Positions 8,026 through 17,459 of a stretch of DNA of 34,248 nucleotides are shown here, in pieces; position 1 is the stretch's first letter; each line of letters starts with the position of its first letter. Where the stretch lies: assembly GCA_963777605.1 (NCBI GenBank), contig CAVZRV010000045.1, forward strand, positions 1-34,248. Direction: 5' to 3'. The notes beneath the pieces were generated by a model that was given only the letters and a program-made list of their open reading frames with translations, was not told the DNA's origin and did no database searches. This DNA is from an uncultured Acidobacteriota bacterium (GTDB lineage: Bacteria; Acidobacteriota; UBA6911; RPQK01; JAPXNP01). A program made the position numbers and the translations under genes.

Positions 8026-9937
8026 CTACTGCCCGGAGTCAGCGCGCCCGGCTATGACCGGAAACGCCGTCAGGATCGGAACTTCGTTTGGATAGGGCAC
8101 CGCCCCGTCGTCGTTTTGTCGCAGCGTCAGCGCCGCTACGGCAACGTCGCTACCCACGGTGACGACGCCCTCCATCTCCTGTAACTGGCTGACGATGTCA
8201 ATCGAGGCTCCGCCCTCCTGGAAGATTTCCCAGATGAACTTTCCAATGGCCTGTCCCGGCTGCAGCGTCAACTGGACCTCACCGAGCTGATCTTGGAAGT
8301 CCTGGTCCCACACTCGGACCGTCAGGGTCGCGAGAGTTCCCGGGGTCGTGCTGTCACCGGCAGGATTGACGATCGCAAGTCCGGTGTCCTTGCCCGCCGT
8401 CGAGTCGAGCAGCACCGTGAAGTCCTGAATCGGGTGGGCCGCCGGCACGCCGGCCTCGGTCATGGTGATCCCGTTGTCGGCGCGACTGAACACCACGGTA
8501 CCGGTGATCGGCGAGGTCGTGTTATCGGCCTCGGGATCGGAGGAGCTTTTCACTTTGACCAGGGCATAGCCGACCTGGAGACCCTCTTCGGTGCCCGGAG
8601 TCTGCGCCGAGAAGACCCGCCCCCGGGTAAAGGTCAGGTCAAACGTAGAAGCGGGGCCGTTCTCACCCAACGTGACCGCCAGGGGATTGCCGGCACGGTC
8701 GTAGAACTCGACCACGGCATCCCGATCTTCTCCGACGCTGGCGAGCAGGAGGCTGCTCTTCAACTGGATTCCGGTCGACAGCCCGTCACCAAACAAGGGA
8801 AAGTAGAAGACATCGCTGAATTCGGGCTGTAGGTGCGCAACGTTGAACCCAAGCTTTGCCATGGTCTCCCGATCCAATGGTTCGGCATAGAACAGGTGCT
8901 GGTTGTCAACCGTGGACTTGAGGTAGGACCAGTCGGTGTTCTCCTGGAGGTTGTTCACGTCACCGTTGAACTGAGCGAAATCATAGCTGAGCGCGGTATC
9001 CCAGTCCTCCGGAATTGGAACTACGCCAGTCGGCCCGACGATTTTCTTGGTGTCCGGGTTCCATTTGGTCATGGTAATCGAACCGGTCGTGTTGTACTCC
9101 TGGATTGCCGCGTTCGTCCCGCCGAAGTTGTTGTGGCAATCCCCGCAGGTCGAGGCATTCTTCTGGATCGTGTGGGAGTGAAAAGAGGAGATGATGACGT
9201 TCGTCTTGCCATCGTAAGTGTGGGTCATGAAGTCGCCCAGTTTAACCTTGCCGTTCTTCTTCACCAGCATCTTGAAGTTCCAAAGCTGGTTGATGGCTCG
9301 GTTCTTTCCCGTGGCGATCAGAGTCTCGAAGTGACAACTCGCGCAGGCGACGCTTCCGACGGCGTGGCAGGCCGCGCAGTCTACCGTGTCGGCATGAATC
9401 ACGTGGGATTCATTCTGGGACAGGTCGATGTGGCAGCCTTCACACGACGCCTTGACCGCGCCGGGTTCCTTAAGAGCGGCGTAGTCAACACCATCGTCAC
9501 CGTGCAGTTCAGCCGCGGTGTGACAGGTCCAGCAGGTCATGCCAGCGTTCAGGTGCACATCCGCCATGGGATTGGTATCCGGGTTCCCGTAGCGGGCCCG
9601 TTCGTACACTTGCCGGCTGTGGCAGTTCAGACAGCTCTGCTCGACGACACTGAGATCGGCGGCATGGCAGTCCGAGCAGTTGGGCGTGTAGGTGGCGGGA
9701 TCGATATCATTTCCGGCCGCGTCCTTGCCGGTTCCCGAGTGGCATTTCCAGCAGGATAGATCCTGCATGGGAATGAATGTTCGTGATCAACTCCATACCG
9801 CCATTCTCTGCGGCGTAGGCAGTGAACTTGCCCTGCCTGGTCTTGTGCAGGCTGGTGTCAAAGTGCGCCTGGGCAAACATCAGTTCTGCACCGAACAGCG
9901 CAAGCAGCAGGGTCAGAAAGGTGACTCGAATCTTCAT
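8026..9937 (-). CDS. Secreted octaheme c-type cytochrome with a C-terminal non-heme beta-rich domain; frameshifted at 9771-9778
   Basis: SD AGGAGG + ATG 9937 + signal peptide (ORF 9707..9937) joins ORF 8026..9768 if one GAAT of GAATGAAT is removed (..ITNIPMQDLSCWKCH). Eight CxxCH: CWKCH, CSDCH, CLNCH, CWTCH, CEGCH, CAACH, CASCH, CGDCH. Confidence 0.9.
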
Positions 9938-9984
9938 CGTTACCTCCTGTGAAAGCTGCGTCGGGGACTCCCGAACAATTGATG

Positions 9985-9998
9985 TGGATACAAATCAA
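9985..9998. promoter_or_regulatory. Possible FNR/Crp-family box upstream of the cytochrome gene
   Basis: TGGAT-ACAA-ATCAA, one mismatch from TTGAT-N4-ATCAA; no convincing -10 element. Confidence 0.3.
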
Positions 9999-10330
9999 CT
10001 GGGAAGGAATGTTCGACAAACCGATCAAATAGAAAGGCTTGCACCCGCTGAGTCTATCGCTCATTTATACATCGATCAATGTAGATTTTAAAAATAGTTG
10101 CATTTGGCGCCCACTTGGGTGTCAAGCTCTTTCGCGAACCGCGGTCGATGCGGATCATGCGCGATTTGCCGTGTCGAACAGCTGATTTTTCAAAAGCTCT
10201 GTGGGTGTGCCGGGATGATAGAGTATCTTCATCGCGGGTTTCCCGGCCGGCCGGGTATGGCCATCGGGAGGCTCAGGGAGTGGGTGCCGGACGTCGAGTC
10301 GGGCACTCGGTAGACCTGCCGGAGAGCGGG

Positions 10331-11680
10331 ATGAGTGGACGGAAGAAAAGCCCGATGGTGCTCCTGAACCCGACCGAAGCGATTCTTGAGAGCATCTCGG
10401 ACGGAGTCTTTACGGTCGGCCTGGATTGGTGTGTCACGTCGTTCAACCGGGCGGCTGAAGAAATCACGGGAGTACCGCGCGGCGAAGCGCTCGGCCGTCG
10501 CTGTTCCGAGGTTTTTCGATGCAGCATGTGCGGTACCGGGTGCGCGCTGGATCAGACGGTCAGGACGGGACGCCCGATCATTGGAAAGTCTGCCTTCATC
10601 ATTGACTCGAAAGGAAACCGCATCCCGATCAGCGTCTCAACCGCGGTGTTGAGGGACGCCGCCGGCCGCGTTATCGGCGGTGCGGAGACGTTTCGCGACC
10701 TTTCGGAAGTCGAGGCGTTGCGTCGGGAACTGGAAGGGCGGTCGCGAGTCGGTGATTTGACCAGCAACAGCTTGTTGATGAAGCGAGTCTTCGAAGTACT
10801 CCCGGCTATCGCTGCCAGTCCCAGCACGGTGCTGCTTCTGGGTGAAACAGGAACGGGAAAGGAACTGGTCGCGAGAACGATTCACTCCCTGAGTCCTCGC
10901 AATCGCGGTCCATTCGTGGCGTTGAACTGCGGAGCACTGCCCGATACCCTCCTGGAATCGGAGTTGTTCGGATATCGGGCGGGTGCCTTTACCGGAGCAA
11001 CGAAGGACAAGCCAGGCCGCTTCGCCCTGGCGAAGGGGGGGACAATCCTTCTCGATGAGATCGGCGAGATCAGCCCCGCACTCCAGGTCCGACTGCTTCG
11101 GGTTCTCCAGGAGCGGAAATACGAACCTCTCGGGGCGACCCGATCGGAGGTGGCCGACGTGCGGGTGATCGCCGCGACCAACCGGGACCTGGCGGAACAG
11201 GTCAGGTTAGGAGCTTTTCGGGAGGACCTCTACTACCGCATCAACGTGGTCCGCATCGAGCTCCCGCCCCTGCGACGCCGCAAGGAGGACATTCCTCTGC
11301 TAATTGAAGAGTTCGTCGCACGCTTTAATCGACTGCAGGGGAGGGCGGTCCCCGGCATCAGCCCCGAAGCATTGTCCCTGCTGATGGCTCACGACTGGCC
11401 GGGCAATATCCGCGAACTCGAAAACGTGATCGAACGTGCCTTCATACTCTGCGGAGACGATGAAATCCACATCCAGCACCTTCCCCTTGAGGTGACCGGG
11501 CGGGATGCCGCCGCGGGTTCCGCGGACGGTGACCTCAAGTCCGTCCACGACATCCTCGATGCACAAGCGATTACCGCCGCTCTGGAGCGCAACCAACAGA
11601 ACCGGACGGCGGCCGCGCGCGAACTCGGAATCCACAAGACCACCCTCTACCGCCGCATGAAGAAACTGGGGCTGACCTGA
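10331..11680 (+). CDS. PAS-domain sigma54-dependent activator, OrpR-like (copy 1)
   Basis: Start ATG 10331 after GGAGAG; PAS with CSEVFRCSMCGTGC (C-X8-C-X3-C); GETGTGKE, ESELFG, GAFTGA, LLDEIGE, WPGNIREL; Fis-type HTH. Confidence 0.95.
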   Translation: MSGRKKSPMVLLNPTEAILESISDGVFTVGLDWCVTSFNRAAEEITGVPRGEALGRRCSEVFRCSMCGTGCALDQTVRTGRPIIGKSAFIIDSKGNRIPISVSTAVLRDAAGRVIGGAETFRDLSEVEALRRELEGRSRVGDLTSNSLLMKRVFEVLPAIAASPSTVLLLGETGTGKELVARTIHSLSPRNRGPFVALNCGALPDTLLESELFGYRAGAFTGATKDKPGRFALAKGGTILLDEIGEISPALQVRLLRVLQERKYEPLGATRSEVADVRVIAATNRDLAEQVRLGAFREDLYYRINVVRIELPPLRRRKEDIPLLIEEFVARFNRLQGRAVPGISPEALSLLMAHDWPGNIRELENVIERAFILCGDDEIHIQHLPLEVTGRDAAAGSADGDLKSVHDILDAQAITAALERNQQNRTAAARELGIHKTTLYRRMKKLGLT

Positions 11681-12040
11681 AACTAGGTAGGATAGGCTTC
11701 CAGCTTGTCTCCGTAATCGATGCCACCTAACCCGGAGACCGACACAGAGCCTGGGTTAAGGCGCAGCCCCGGGTTCGTCCGGGAAGCTTTCCCGGCGCAT
11801 TCTGCTTCTGGAACTGGAGGAATTTTCACGGGTCTCTTAGATGACGGTCATGTCGTCCCGCAGAGCGGGACTCAAGTTTGGTGGGGTGACGCACATCCCA
11901 GGACTGTGCGTCCTGGTCTACTCCATGACGCCCTCCGGGCTGGCTCACGCACGCGATCGATGACTCCGCTGGTGCGTTACGTCTCAGCATTGCCAGACGT
12001 GAATCGGCTGTCCGCCTAGGCAGGCGTCTTCAGTTTTTCA

Positions 12041-12099
12041 ACCGTAGCATTAATGCACCCGTTAGAATTGCCTGACCGTAGCGTTTGCGCTACGGTCAG
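12041..12099. promoter_or_regulatory. Paired enhancer-like sites upstream of sigma54 promoter P1
   Basis: Palindrome CTGACCGTAGCG-TTTG-CGCTACGGTCAG (12072-12099) and related ACCGTAGCATTAATGCACC (12041-12059), 34 bp apart. Confidence 0.6.
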
Positions 12100-12180
12100 A
12101 AGTGTGGACTGTTCCGGAACTGATCGGTTAACCCCTTTCTTTTCTGCCCATTCAGATGGAGCGGGCGGTCTGCTGTCCAT

Positions 12181-12196
12181 TGGCCCCATCCTTGCT
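12181..12196 (+). promoter_or_regulatory. Sigma54 (-24/-12) promoter P1 of the ORP-like operon
   Basis: TGGCCCCATCCTTGCT = TGGC-N7-TTGCW with exact GG-N10-GC spacing. Confidence 0.8.
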
Positions 12197-12209
12197 TATT
12201 CAAGATGCC

Positions 12210-12620
12210 GTGAGCAATGGAAGACGATCCCGGACGGCATTTTCCCACTTGGACAGCCGGATTGCGCCAGTTTTTGATACCGCCTCCGAGCTCCGAGTCT
12301 GCGAGTTCGCAGATGGCCAGTTGGTCAATGAGACGCGGGAGACGATTTTAGAGGACTTGCCGATCCAGAAGGTGTTGCGGCTTGCCGAGTTGGGGGTGGA
12401 GACCCTTGTGTGCGGGGCGATTTCTCGACCGCTCGAGGGGCTGATTACCGCTTACGGGATCAAGGTCGTTCCGTTTCTGGCGGGTGAGTTGCAGGAAGTT
12501 GTTGACGCGTGGCAGTCCCCAATGTTCAGCCGAAGGGCGTTCATGATGCCCGGGTTGTGGACGCCGCGGCATCGGGCGCCGCGGCGACGGCATGCGAAAG
12601 GAGAGACCGATGAATGGTAG
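12210..12620 (+). CDS. NifB/NifX-family (COG1433) Fe-Mo cluster-binding protein; probably fused to the next ORF
   Basis: RIAPVFD, LVCGAIS, FLAGELQEV, FMMPG. The ORF start 12156 lies upstream of the promoter, so GTG 12210 is preferred. Removing one G at 12552-12554 gives MPGCGRRG.. in frame with 12592..12816. Confidence 0.85.
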   Translation: MSNGRRSRTAFSHLDSRIAPVFDTASELRVCEFADGQLVNETRETILEDLPIQKVLRLAELGVETLVCGAISRPLEGLITAYGIKVVPFLAGELQEVVDAWQSPMFSRRAFMMPGLWTPRHRAPRRRHAKGETDEW

Positions 12621-12816
12621 AGGACGTGGATCGGGAGGCTCGGGTCGTGGCCAGGGCGGCGGCCGAGGCGGGCGGATGGGCGGTCCGCTGCGAGCCGGCC
12701 CGACCGGAAACTGTGTCTGTCCCAAGTGCGGGCATGTGGAATCCCACGAGCGGGGGATTCCCTGCGTCGAGCGGACCTGCCCGCAGTGCGGGACGACCAT
12801 GACGAGACAGTCTTGA
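12610..12816 (+). CDS. Gly/Arg-rich, Cys-rich small metal-binding domain (CxCxxC...CxxxxCxxC)
   Basis: GRMGGPLRAGPTGNCVCPKCGH..HERGIPCVERTCPQCG; own SD AAGGAG, or the C-terminus of the preceding NifX-like protein. Confidence 0.8.
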   Translation: MNGRGRGSGGSGRGQGGGRGGRMGGPLRAGPTGNCVCPKCGHVESHERGIPCVERTCPQCGTTMTRQS

Positions 12817-12840
12817 AGACTGGGCAAGGAGGAAATTGAA

Positions 12841-13218
12841 ATGCCAAGAGGAGATCGAACTGGACCCCGTGGATGGGGTGCGATGACAGGTCGGGCAGCC
12901 GGCTTCTGCTCGGGTTACGAGGTTCCGGGCTATGCCAACCAGGGGGCGGGCCGAGGATTGAGAATGGGACGTGGATTCCGAGGTGGAAATCGGGGTTCGC
13001 TCGCCCGGGGGTTGTCCGCCGTTTCACCCGGCGGTCGCTGGGGACGGGCTGGCGTGGACCCTAACGGCGGCCCAGCCTACGCGGCGGATGCGGAACCCAG
13101 AGTTGAGCGGCGGGTGCTCAGGCAGCAGGCCAAGGCGCTGCAAGCGGAACTCGATGCCGTCAACAAACGGCTGGAGGAACTCAAGCAGCCCGACGGGACC
13201 AAATCGGCCGGAGATTGA
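12841..13218 (+). CDS. DUF5320-family protein
   Basis: MPRGDRTGPxGxGAMTGRAAGFC N-terminus, RG-rich middle, coiled-coil C-terminus; SD AAGGAGG. Confidence 0.9.
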   Translation: MPRGDRTGPRGWGAMTGRAAGFCSGYEVPGYANQGAGRGLRMGRGFRGGNRGSLARGLSAVSPGGRWGRAGVDPNGGPAYAADAEPRVERRVLRQQAKALQAELDAVNKRLEELKQPDGTKSAGD

Positions 13219-13303
13219 TTGTCAAAAGAGCCGGTAGCCCGCAGGACATCGACTTTTTTCAGAGGGAGGACTTGTGGGCTCCGGCGGAAAGGGAGAACAC
13301 TCC

Positions 13304-13666
13304 ATGAAGATCATCTTCACAACCTCGGGATGGGGAGAAGAGGCCCCTCTCGACCCGCGCTTTGGGCGGGCGGCGGGATTTCTCCTCTACGATTCAGACG
13401 ACCGCTCATTTCAGCCGATTGACAACATCGAGGGGGCCGATTCAGGGCTGGGTGCCGGGATTCAGGCGGCAGAAAGGGTGGCGAAAGCAGGGGCGGACGT
13501 TGTGGTGACGGGACACTGTGGACCGAAGGCGTTTCGGGTGCTGCATGCTGCCGGTGTCAAGGTGTTCAATACCGAAGCGGCCACTGTAGCAGACGCGCTC
13601 GACCTTTTTCGGGCCGGGCGATTGGTAGAGGCAACGGAACCGGACGTGGATGGGCACTGGTCATGA
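13304..13666 (+). CDS. Orange-protein-like NifB/NifX-family (COG1433) protein
   Basis: DPRFGRA, GAGIQAA, TGHCGPKAF, C-terminal DVDGHW; start ATG 13304 after GGGAG. Confidence 0.92.
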   Translation: MKIIFTTSGWGEEAPLDPRFGRAAGFLLYDSDDRSFQPIDNIEGADSGLGAGIQAAERVAKAGADVVVTGHCGPKAFRVLHAAGVKVFNTEAATVADALDLFRAGRLVEATEPDVDGHWS

Positions 13667-14166
13667 TGGTGGAGCCGGTCTCTTACACTCCGATCGGGTT
13701 CCTCCACAGCAGCCATCAAGCTGCTGAAGAAACGCCGATTCAACCGGCGTATGCCCCAGACTGTGAAGGGCGACTCGTGGTCTTTCCCGAGTATGTCGAA
13801 GGTCTCCGGGACCTCGACGGATTCTCCCACATGTACCTGATCTACCACTTCCACAGGGCGCAACCGGTCAAGTTGATTGTGAAACCGTTCCTGCAAAACG
13901 TGGAACACGGAGTATTTTCGACCCGGGCCCCTGTCAGGCCCAACCCGATCGGGTTGAGCATCGTTCGGTTGGTGCGAATCGAGGGCAACATCTTGCACTT
14001 GCGGGGTGTCGACATCCTTGACGGTACCCCCGTTCTCGACATCAAGCCCTACACCGACAAGTTCGACCACGTCAAGACGTTGCAAAACGGCTGGCAGGAT
14101 GACGTGGACGGAGCGACGGCCCAGGTGAGGGGGCGGAGGAAGTTTCGAGGTGGAGGAACCTCATGA
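13663..14166 (+). CDS. tsaA: TrmO/TsaA-family SAM-binding protein (tRNA m6t6A37 methyltransferase family)
   Basis: PIG, GLRDLDGFSH, GVFSTRAPVRPNPIGLS, DILDGTPVLDIKPY; ATGA overlap with the upstream gene. Confidence 0.92.
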   Translation: MMVEPVSYTPIGFLHSSHQAAEETPIQPAYAPDCEGRLVVFPEYVEGLRDLDGFSHMYLIYHFHRAQPVKLIVKPFLQNVEHGVFSTRAPVRPNPIGLSIVRLVRIEGNILHLRGVDILDGTPVLDIKPYTDKFDHVKTLQNGWQDDVDGATAQVRGRRKFRGGGTS

Positions 14167-15047
14167 TCCTGGCGGTTGCATCGGGAAAAGGAGGAACCGG
14201 GAAGACCACGGTGTCGGTCAATCTTGCTCGGGTTTGGGGATCACCGGTCCAGTTGCTCGATTGTGACGTCGAGGAACCGAACGATCACTTGTTCCTTCCC
14301 GGCTTGCCGCAGAGTGAGGAAGAAGTCTCCATTCCCTTTCCGCGGGTGGATACTTCGCTCTGCGACGGCTGTGGAGAGTGTTCCCGTTTCTGCCGGTTCA
14401 ACGCGATCATTTGCCTGGGGAACCGCCCCTTGGTCTTTCCTGAGCTATGCCACGGGTGCGGCGGATGCGCGATGGTCTGTCCCCGGGAGGCAATCGACGA
14501 GGTCGCCCGGCGCATCGGGGTCGTCTCGACAAAGCGAGCAGGCGACATCACTCTCATCCAGGGCCTTCTCGACGTCGGCGTAGCGATGGCCCCGCCACTG
14601 ATTCGGGCGGTGCGGGCACGACGAAACAAGTTCTCATCCGCCATTTTGGATGCTCCACCCGGCACAACCTGTCCCGTGATCGCCGCGGTGCGGGATGCGG
14701 ATTACCTCTTGTTGGTCACAGAGCCGACCCCGTTTGGGCTGCATGACCTGGAGTTGGCTGTCGAAATGGTCCGGGTTCTGGGACTCCGGTTTGGGGTCGT
14801 GATCAACCGGGTCGGAATCAGTGACGATCGGATTCGCGAATTTTGTTTTACACAGGGAATCCGGATACTCGCAGAGATTCCGGATGACCGGAGGGTCGCG
14901 GAAATCTCATCGAAAGGAGCGCTGATCGTCGATCACTTGCCGGAGTACCGCGCACTCTTTCAGCGCCTGGCTGAAGAGGTTCTCCTGGAGGAGAAGGGTT
15001 CTCCCAGCTCTGTCCGGAGGATCCGGACTGCAATGCAAAGGCAATGA
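14163..15047 (+). CDS. MinD/ParA-like P-loop ATPase with inserted 2x[4Fe-4S] ferredoxin domain (COG1149), copy 1
   Basis: SGKGGTGKTT, DCDVEEPN, CDGCGEC..C, CHGCGGC..CP, DAPPGTTCP, VTEPTPFG. Confidence 0.94.
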   Translation: MILAVASGKGGTGKTTVSVNLARVWGSPVQLLDCDVEEPNDHLFLPGLPQSEEEVSIPFPRVDTSLCDGCGECSRFCRFNAIICLGNRPLVFPELCHGCGGCAMVCPREAIDEVARRIGVVSTKRAGDITLIQGLLDVGVAMAPPLIRAVRARRNKFSSAILDAPPGTTCPVIAAVRDADYLLLVTEPTPFGLHDLELAVEMVRVLGLRFGVVINRVGISDDRIREFCFTQGIRILAEIPDDRRVAEISSKGALIVDHLPEYRALFQRLAEEVLLEEKGSPSSVRRIRTAMQRQ

Positions 15048-15076
15048 CTGCGCCAGGGCTCCTTGGGGGTAAAACG

Positions 15077-16051
15077 ATGGAACCAACCGATATTCGAGTT
15101 ACCTTTGGACCCGTTCCGTCGCGGAGGCTGGGTCGCAGTGTCGGGATCAACAACATCCCGGCGAAGCTCTGCTCCTATTCGTGTGTGTACTGCCAGGTGG
15201 GCCGGACCAGCCGGCTGCAGAGTGACCGCGCGCCTTTCTATCGGCCGGAAGCCCTCCTGAGCGATGTTCAGTCCCGGATAGTAGAAGCCGGTTCGGCCAA
15301 GATGCCGATTGACTACCTGACATTTGTTCCTGACGGTGAGCCGACACTGGATGTCAACCTGGGAGAGGCGATCCGGCTGGTTCGGGAAGTCGGGATCCCG
15401 GTCGCCGTGATCACCAATGGATCCATGATGGCGAGGAGGGATGTTCGAGAGGATCTTGCCGAGGCCGACTGGGTGTCGCTGAAAATCGACACCGTCCGGG
15501 AAGACGAGTGGAGAAGGATCAATCGGCCTCACCGCTCTCTCAGCCTCTCCGCAATCCTCGAGGGCATGCTGGAATTCTCTGAATCCCACACCGGGACCCT
15601 GGCGACGGAAACCATGATCGTCGACGGGATCAATGACGGCCCGCAGAGTGTTGCTGAAGTTGCCGACTTTCTCTGGAAGTTGGTCCCCGATGAGGCGTAC
15701 TTGACTGTTCCCACTCGACCTCCCGCCGAATCGTGGGTTCGGGGTCCGGATGAGAGCACTCTTGTGAGGGTTTACCAGCAGTTTTCCGCGTGTGTCGAGC
15801 GAGTAGAGCATCTCACCGGGTACGAAGGGAACACCTTTGCTGCGACAGGCGATCCCGAAAGCGATTTGTTGGGTATCACGGCTGTCCACCCGATAAGATC
15901 CGAGGCCGCCGAAATCTTCCTGGCGGAGGCCGGAGCCGATTGGTCGCTGGTGGACCGCCTCGTGGCACGGGGAGATCTCGTGGAAGCGGAATACGGGGGG
16001 CACAGGTTTCTCCTCCGAACCTTCATCAGGCAGGGGAGAACTTCGCCGTGA
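15077..16051 (+). CDS. Radical SAM protein (COG0731, wyosine-synthase-like family)
   Basis: FGPVPSRRLGRS, CSYSCVYC (CxxxCxxC), DGEPTL, ITNGS, PTRPPAE; start ATG 15077. Confidence 0.92.
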   Translation: MEPTDIRVTFGPVPSRRLGRSVGINNIPAKLCSYSCVYCQVGRTSRLQSDRAPFYRPEALLSDVQSRIVEAGSAKMPIDYLTFVPDGEPTLDVNLGEAIRLVREVGIPVAVITNGSMMARRDVREDLAEADWVSLKIDTVREDEWRRINRPHRSLSLSAILEGMLEFSESHTGTLATETMIVDGINDGPQSVAEVADFLWKLVPDEAYLTVPTRPPAESWVRGPDESTLVRVYQQFSACVERVEHLTGYEGNTFAATGDPESDLLGITAVHPIRSEAAEIFLAEAGADWSLVDRLVARGDLVEAEYGGHRFLLRTFIRQGRTSP

Positions 16052-16169
16052 CGAGGAGGAGAGTCACGCTGCTTCGCGTGGGAGTGAGTGGGCGGCTTGT
16101 CGAGAGGACTGAGAGCCCGTCACCTGGATCGTCTGAATTCCAGGTTCCGGGAGAGAGCAGGTTGAAGTC

Positions 16170-17051
16170 ATGAGAGAACTCGTTGTCATCAGTGGGAAGG
16201 GTGGAACGGGAAAGACCAGCCTCACCGCTTCCTTCGCAGTGCTGGGCGGCCGGCCTGTCCTCGCCGATTGTGACGTGGATGCCTCGGACCTGCACTTGCT
16301 CCTCTCTCCCCGGGTGATGGAACGCCATCGATTCATCAGCGGGCACGAGGCGTCGATCCGGCAGAAGGACTGTCTTGGTTGCGGCGTCTGTGCCACCAAT
16401 TGTCGTTTTAATGCCGTGAAAGTGAGTGGTAGGCCCCCCGGGACTGTCCGATACTCGATCGATCCGACCGCCTGTGAAGGGTGTGGAGTCTGTGTGCGTT
16501 TCTGTATTGCCGATGCGATCGATTTTCCCGAGCGGGACTGTGGAGAGTGGATGATCTCGGACACGCGCTGCGGGCCAATGGTTCACGCGCAACTTGGCGT
16601 CGCGGCAGAGAACTCGGGGAAGTTGGTCACGGGGATTCGCCGAGAGGCACACCGGATCGCCCGGGAGGAGGGACGCTCTTTGGTGATCGTGGACGGTCCT
16701 CCCGGAATCGGCTGTCCGGTCATCGCTTCGCTGACCGGCGCCACCCAGGTACTTGCGGTCACGGAGCCGACGGTGTCGGGGCGGCACGATCTTGAGAGGT
16801 TGCTCTCGCTCACGCGGTACTTTGAGATTCCGACTTCCGTGTGCGTCAATAAGTGGGATATCAACCCCGAACTCGCAGACCAGATCGAAGAGGAAGCCCG
16901 TCGGCGGGGGGCCTCGGTCTCAGGACGCGTTCGTTATGACCCGGAAGTGACGCGGGCGCAAACCCGGGAGCAGGCGATCGTCGAGACGGCGGCCCCTTCT
17001 GCCGCGGATGTCGAGCGGGTCTGGCGGCAGCTTGGATTGCAGGAGAACTGA
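16170..17051 (+). CDS. MinD/ParA-like P-loop ATPase with 2x[4Fe-4S] domain (COG1149), copy 2
   Basis: SGKGGTGKTS, DCDVDA, CLGCGVC..C, CEGCGVC..C, ENSGKLV, DGPPGIGCP, VTEPT. Confidence 0.94.
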   Translation: MRELVVISGKGGTGKTSLTASFAVLGGRPVLADCDVDASDLHLLLSPRVMERHRFISGHEASIRQKDCLGCGVCATNCRFNAVKVSGRPPGTVRYSIDPTACEGCGVCVRFCIADAIDFPERDCGEWMISDTRCGPMVHAQLGVAAENSGKLVTGIRREAHRIAREEGRSLVIVDGPPGIGCPVIASLTGATQVLAVTEPTVSGRHDLERLLSLTRYFEIPTSVCVNKWDINPELADQIEEEARRRGASVSGRVRYDPEVTRAQTREQAIVETAAPSAADVERVWRQLGLQEN

Positions 17052-17459
17052 ATGAGGACAGATTCCAACACCTCTCACTCGGGATGCCTGCTTTGCGGGG
17101 ACCACAACCCACGCTCTCTCGGGCTTCATTTTGAATCGGACGGAAATGGAGGGGTCAGGGCGGGTTTCAAGGCGGAGCGAAATCTGCAGGGGTACGAGGG
17201 CATCCTCCACGGGGGAGTGATTGCAGCCCTCCTTGATGCCGGGATGACCCACTGCCTCTTTCAGCATCGAGTCGAAGCGCTCACGGGGGACCTTCATGTT
17301 CGATTTCTTCACCAGGTAAACTGCGGCGAAGCGTTGCAGATCCGAGCCTGGATCCTCTCCGGCAACCCTCCTCTGTTCCTTCTCAAATCGGAGTTGACGG
17401 CGGGGGATCGGGTGCTGGCCTGGGCTGAAGCCAAGTTCGTGGCTCGCCGAAGCGTCTAG
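17052..17459 (+). CDS. PaaI-family hotdog thioesterase
   Basis: CLLCG..NP..LGL N-terminus; QGYEGILHGGVIAALLD. Confidence 0.9.
   Translation: MRTDSNTSHSGCLLCGDHNPRSLGLHFESDGNGGVRAGFKAERNLQGYEGILHGGVIAALLDAGMTHCLFQHRVEALTGDLHVRFLHQVNCGEALQIRAWILSGNPPLFLLKSELTAGDRVLAWAEAKFVARRSV

Noticed and set aside
10098-10113. Sigma54 promoter for the cytochrome gene on the minus strand
   Set aside because: GG-to-GC spacing is 9, not the required 10; it fits an activator box better.
10115-10330. N-terminal extension of activator 1
   Set aside because: Not protein-like; the paralog alignment begins near ATG 10331.
11720-12019. 99-aa ORF or riboswitch between activator 1 and the operon
   Set aside because: No SD or recognisable motif; only small hairpins (e.g. 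GTCCCGC-AGA-GCGGGAC), and I cannot match a Moco/cobalamin riboswitch consensus. An Rfam scan would settle it.
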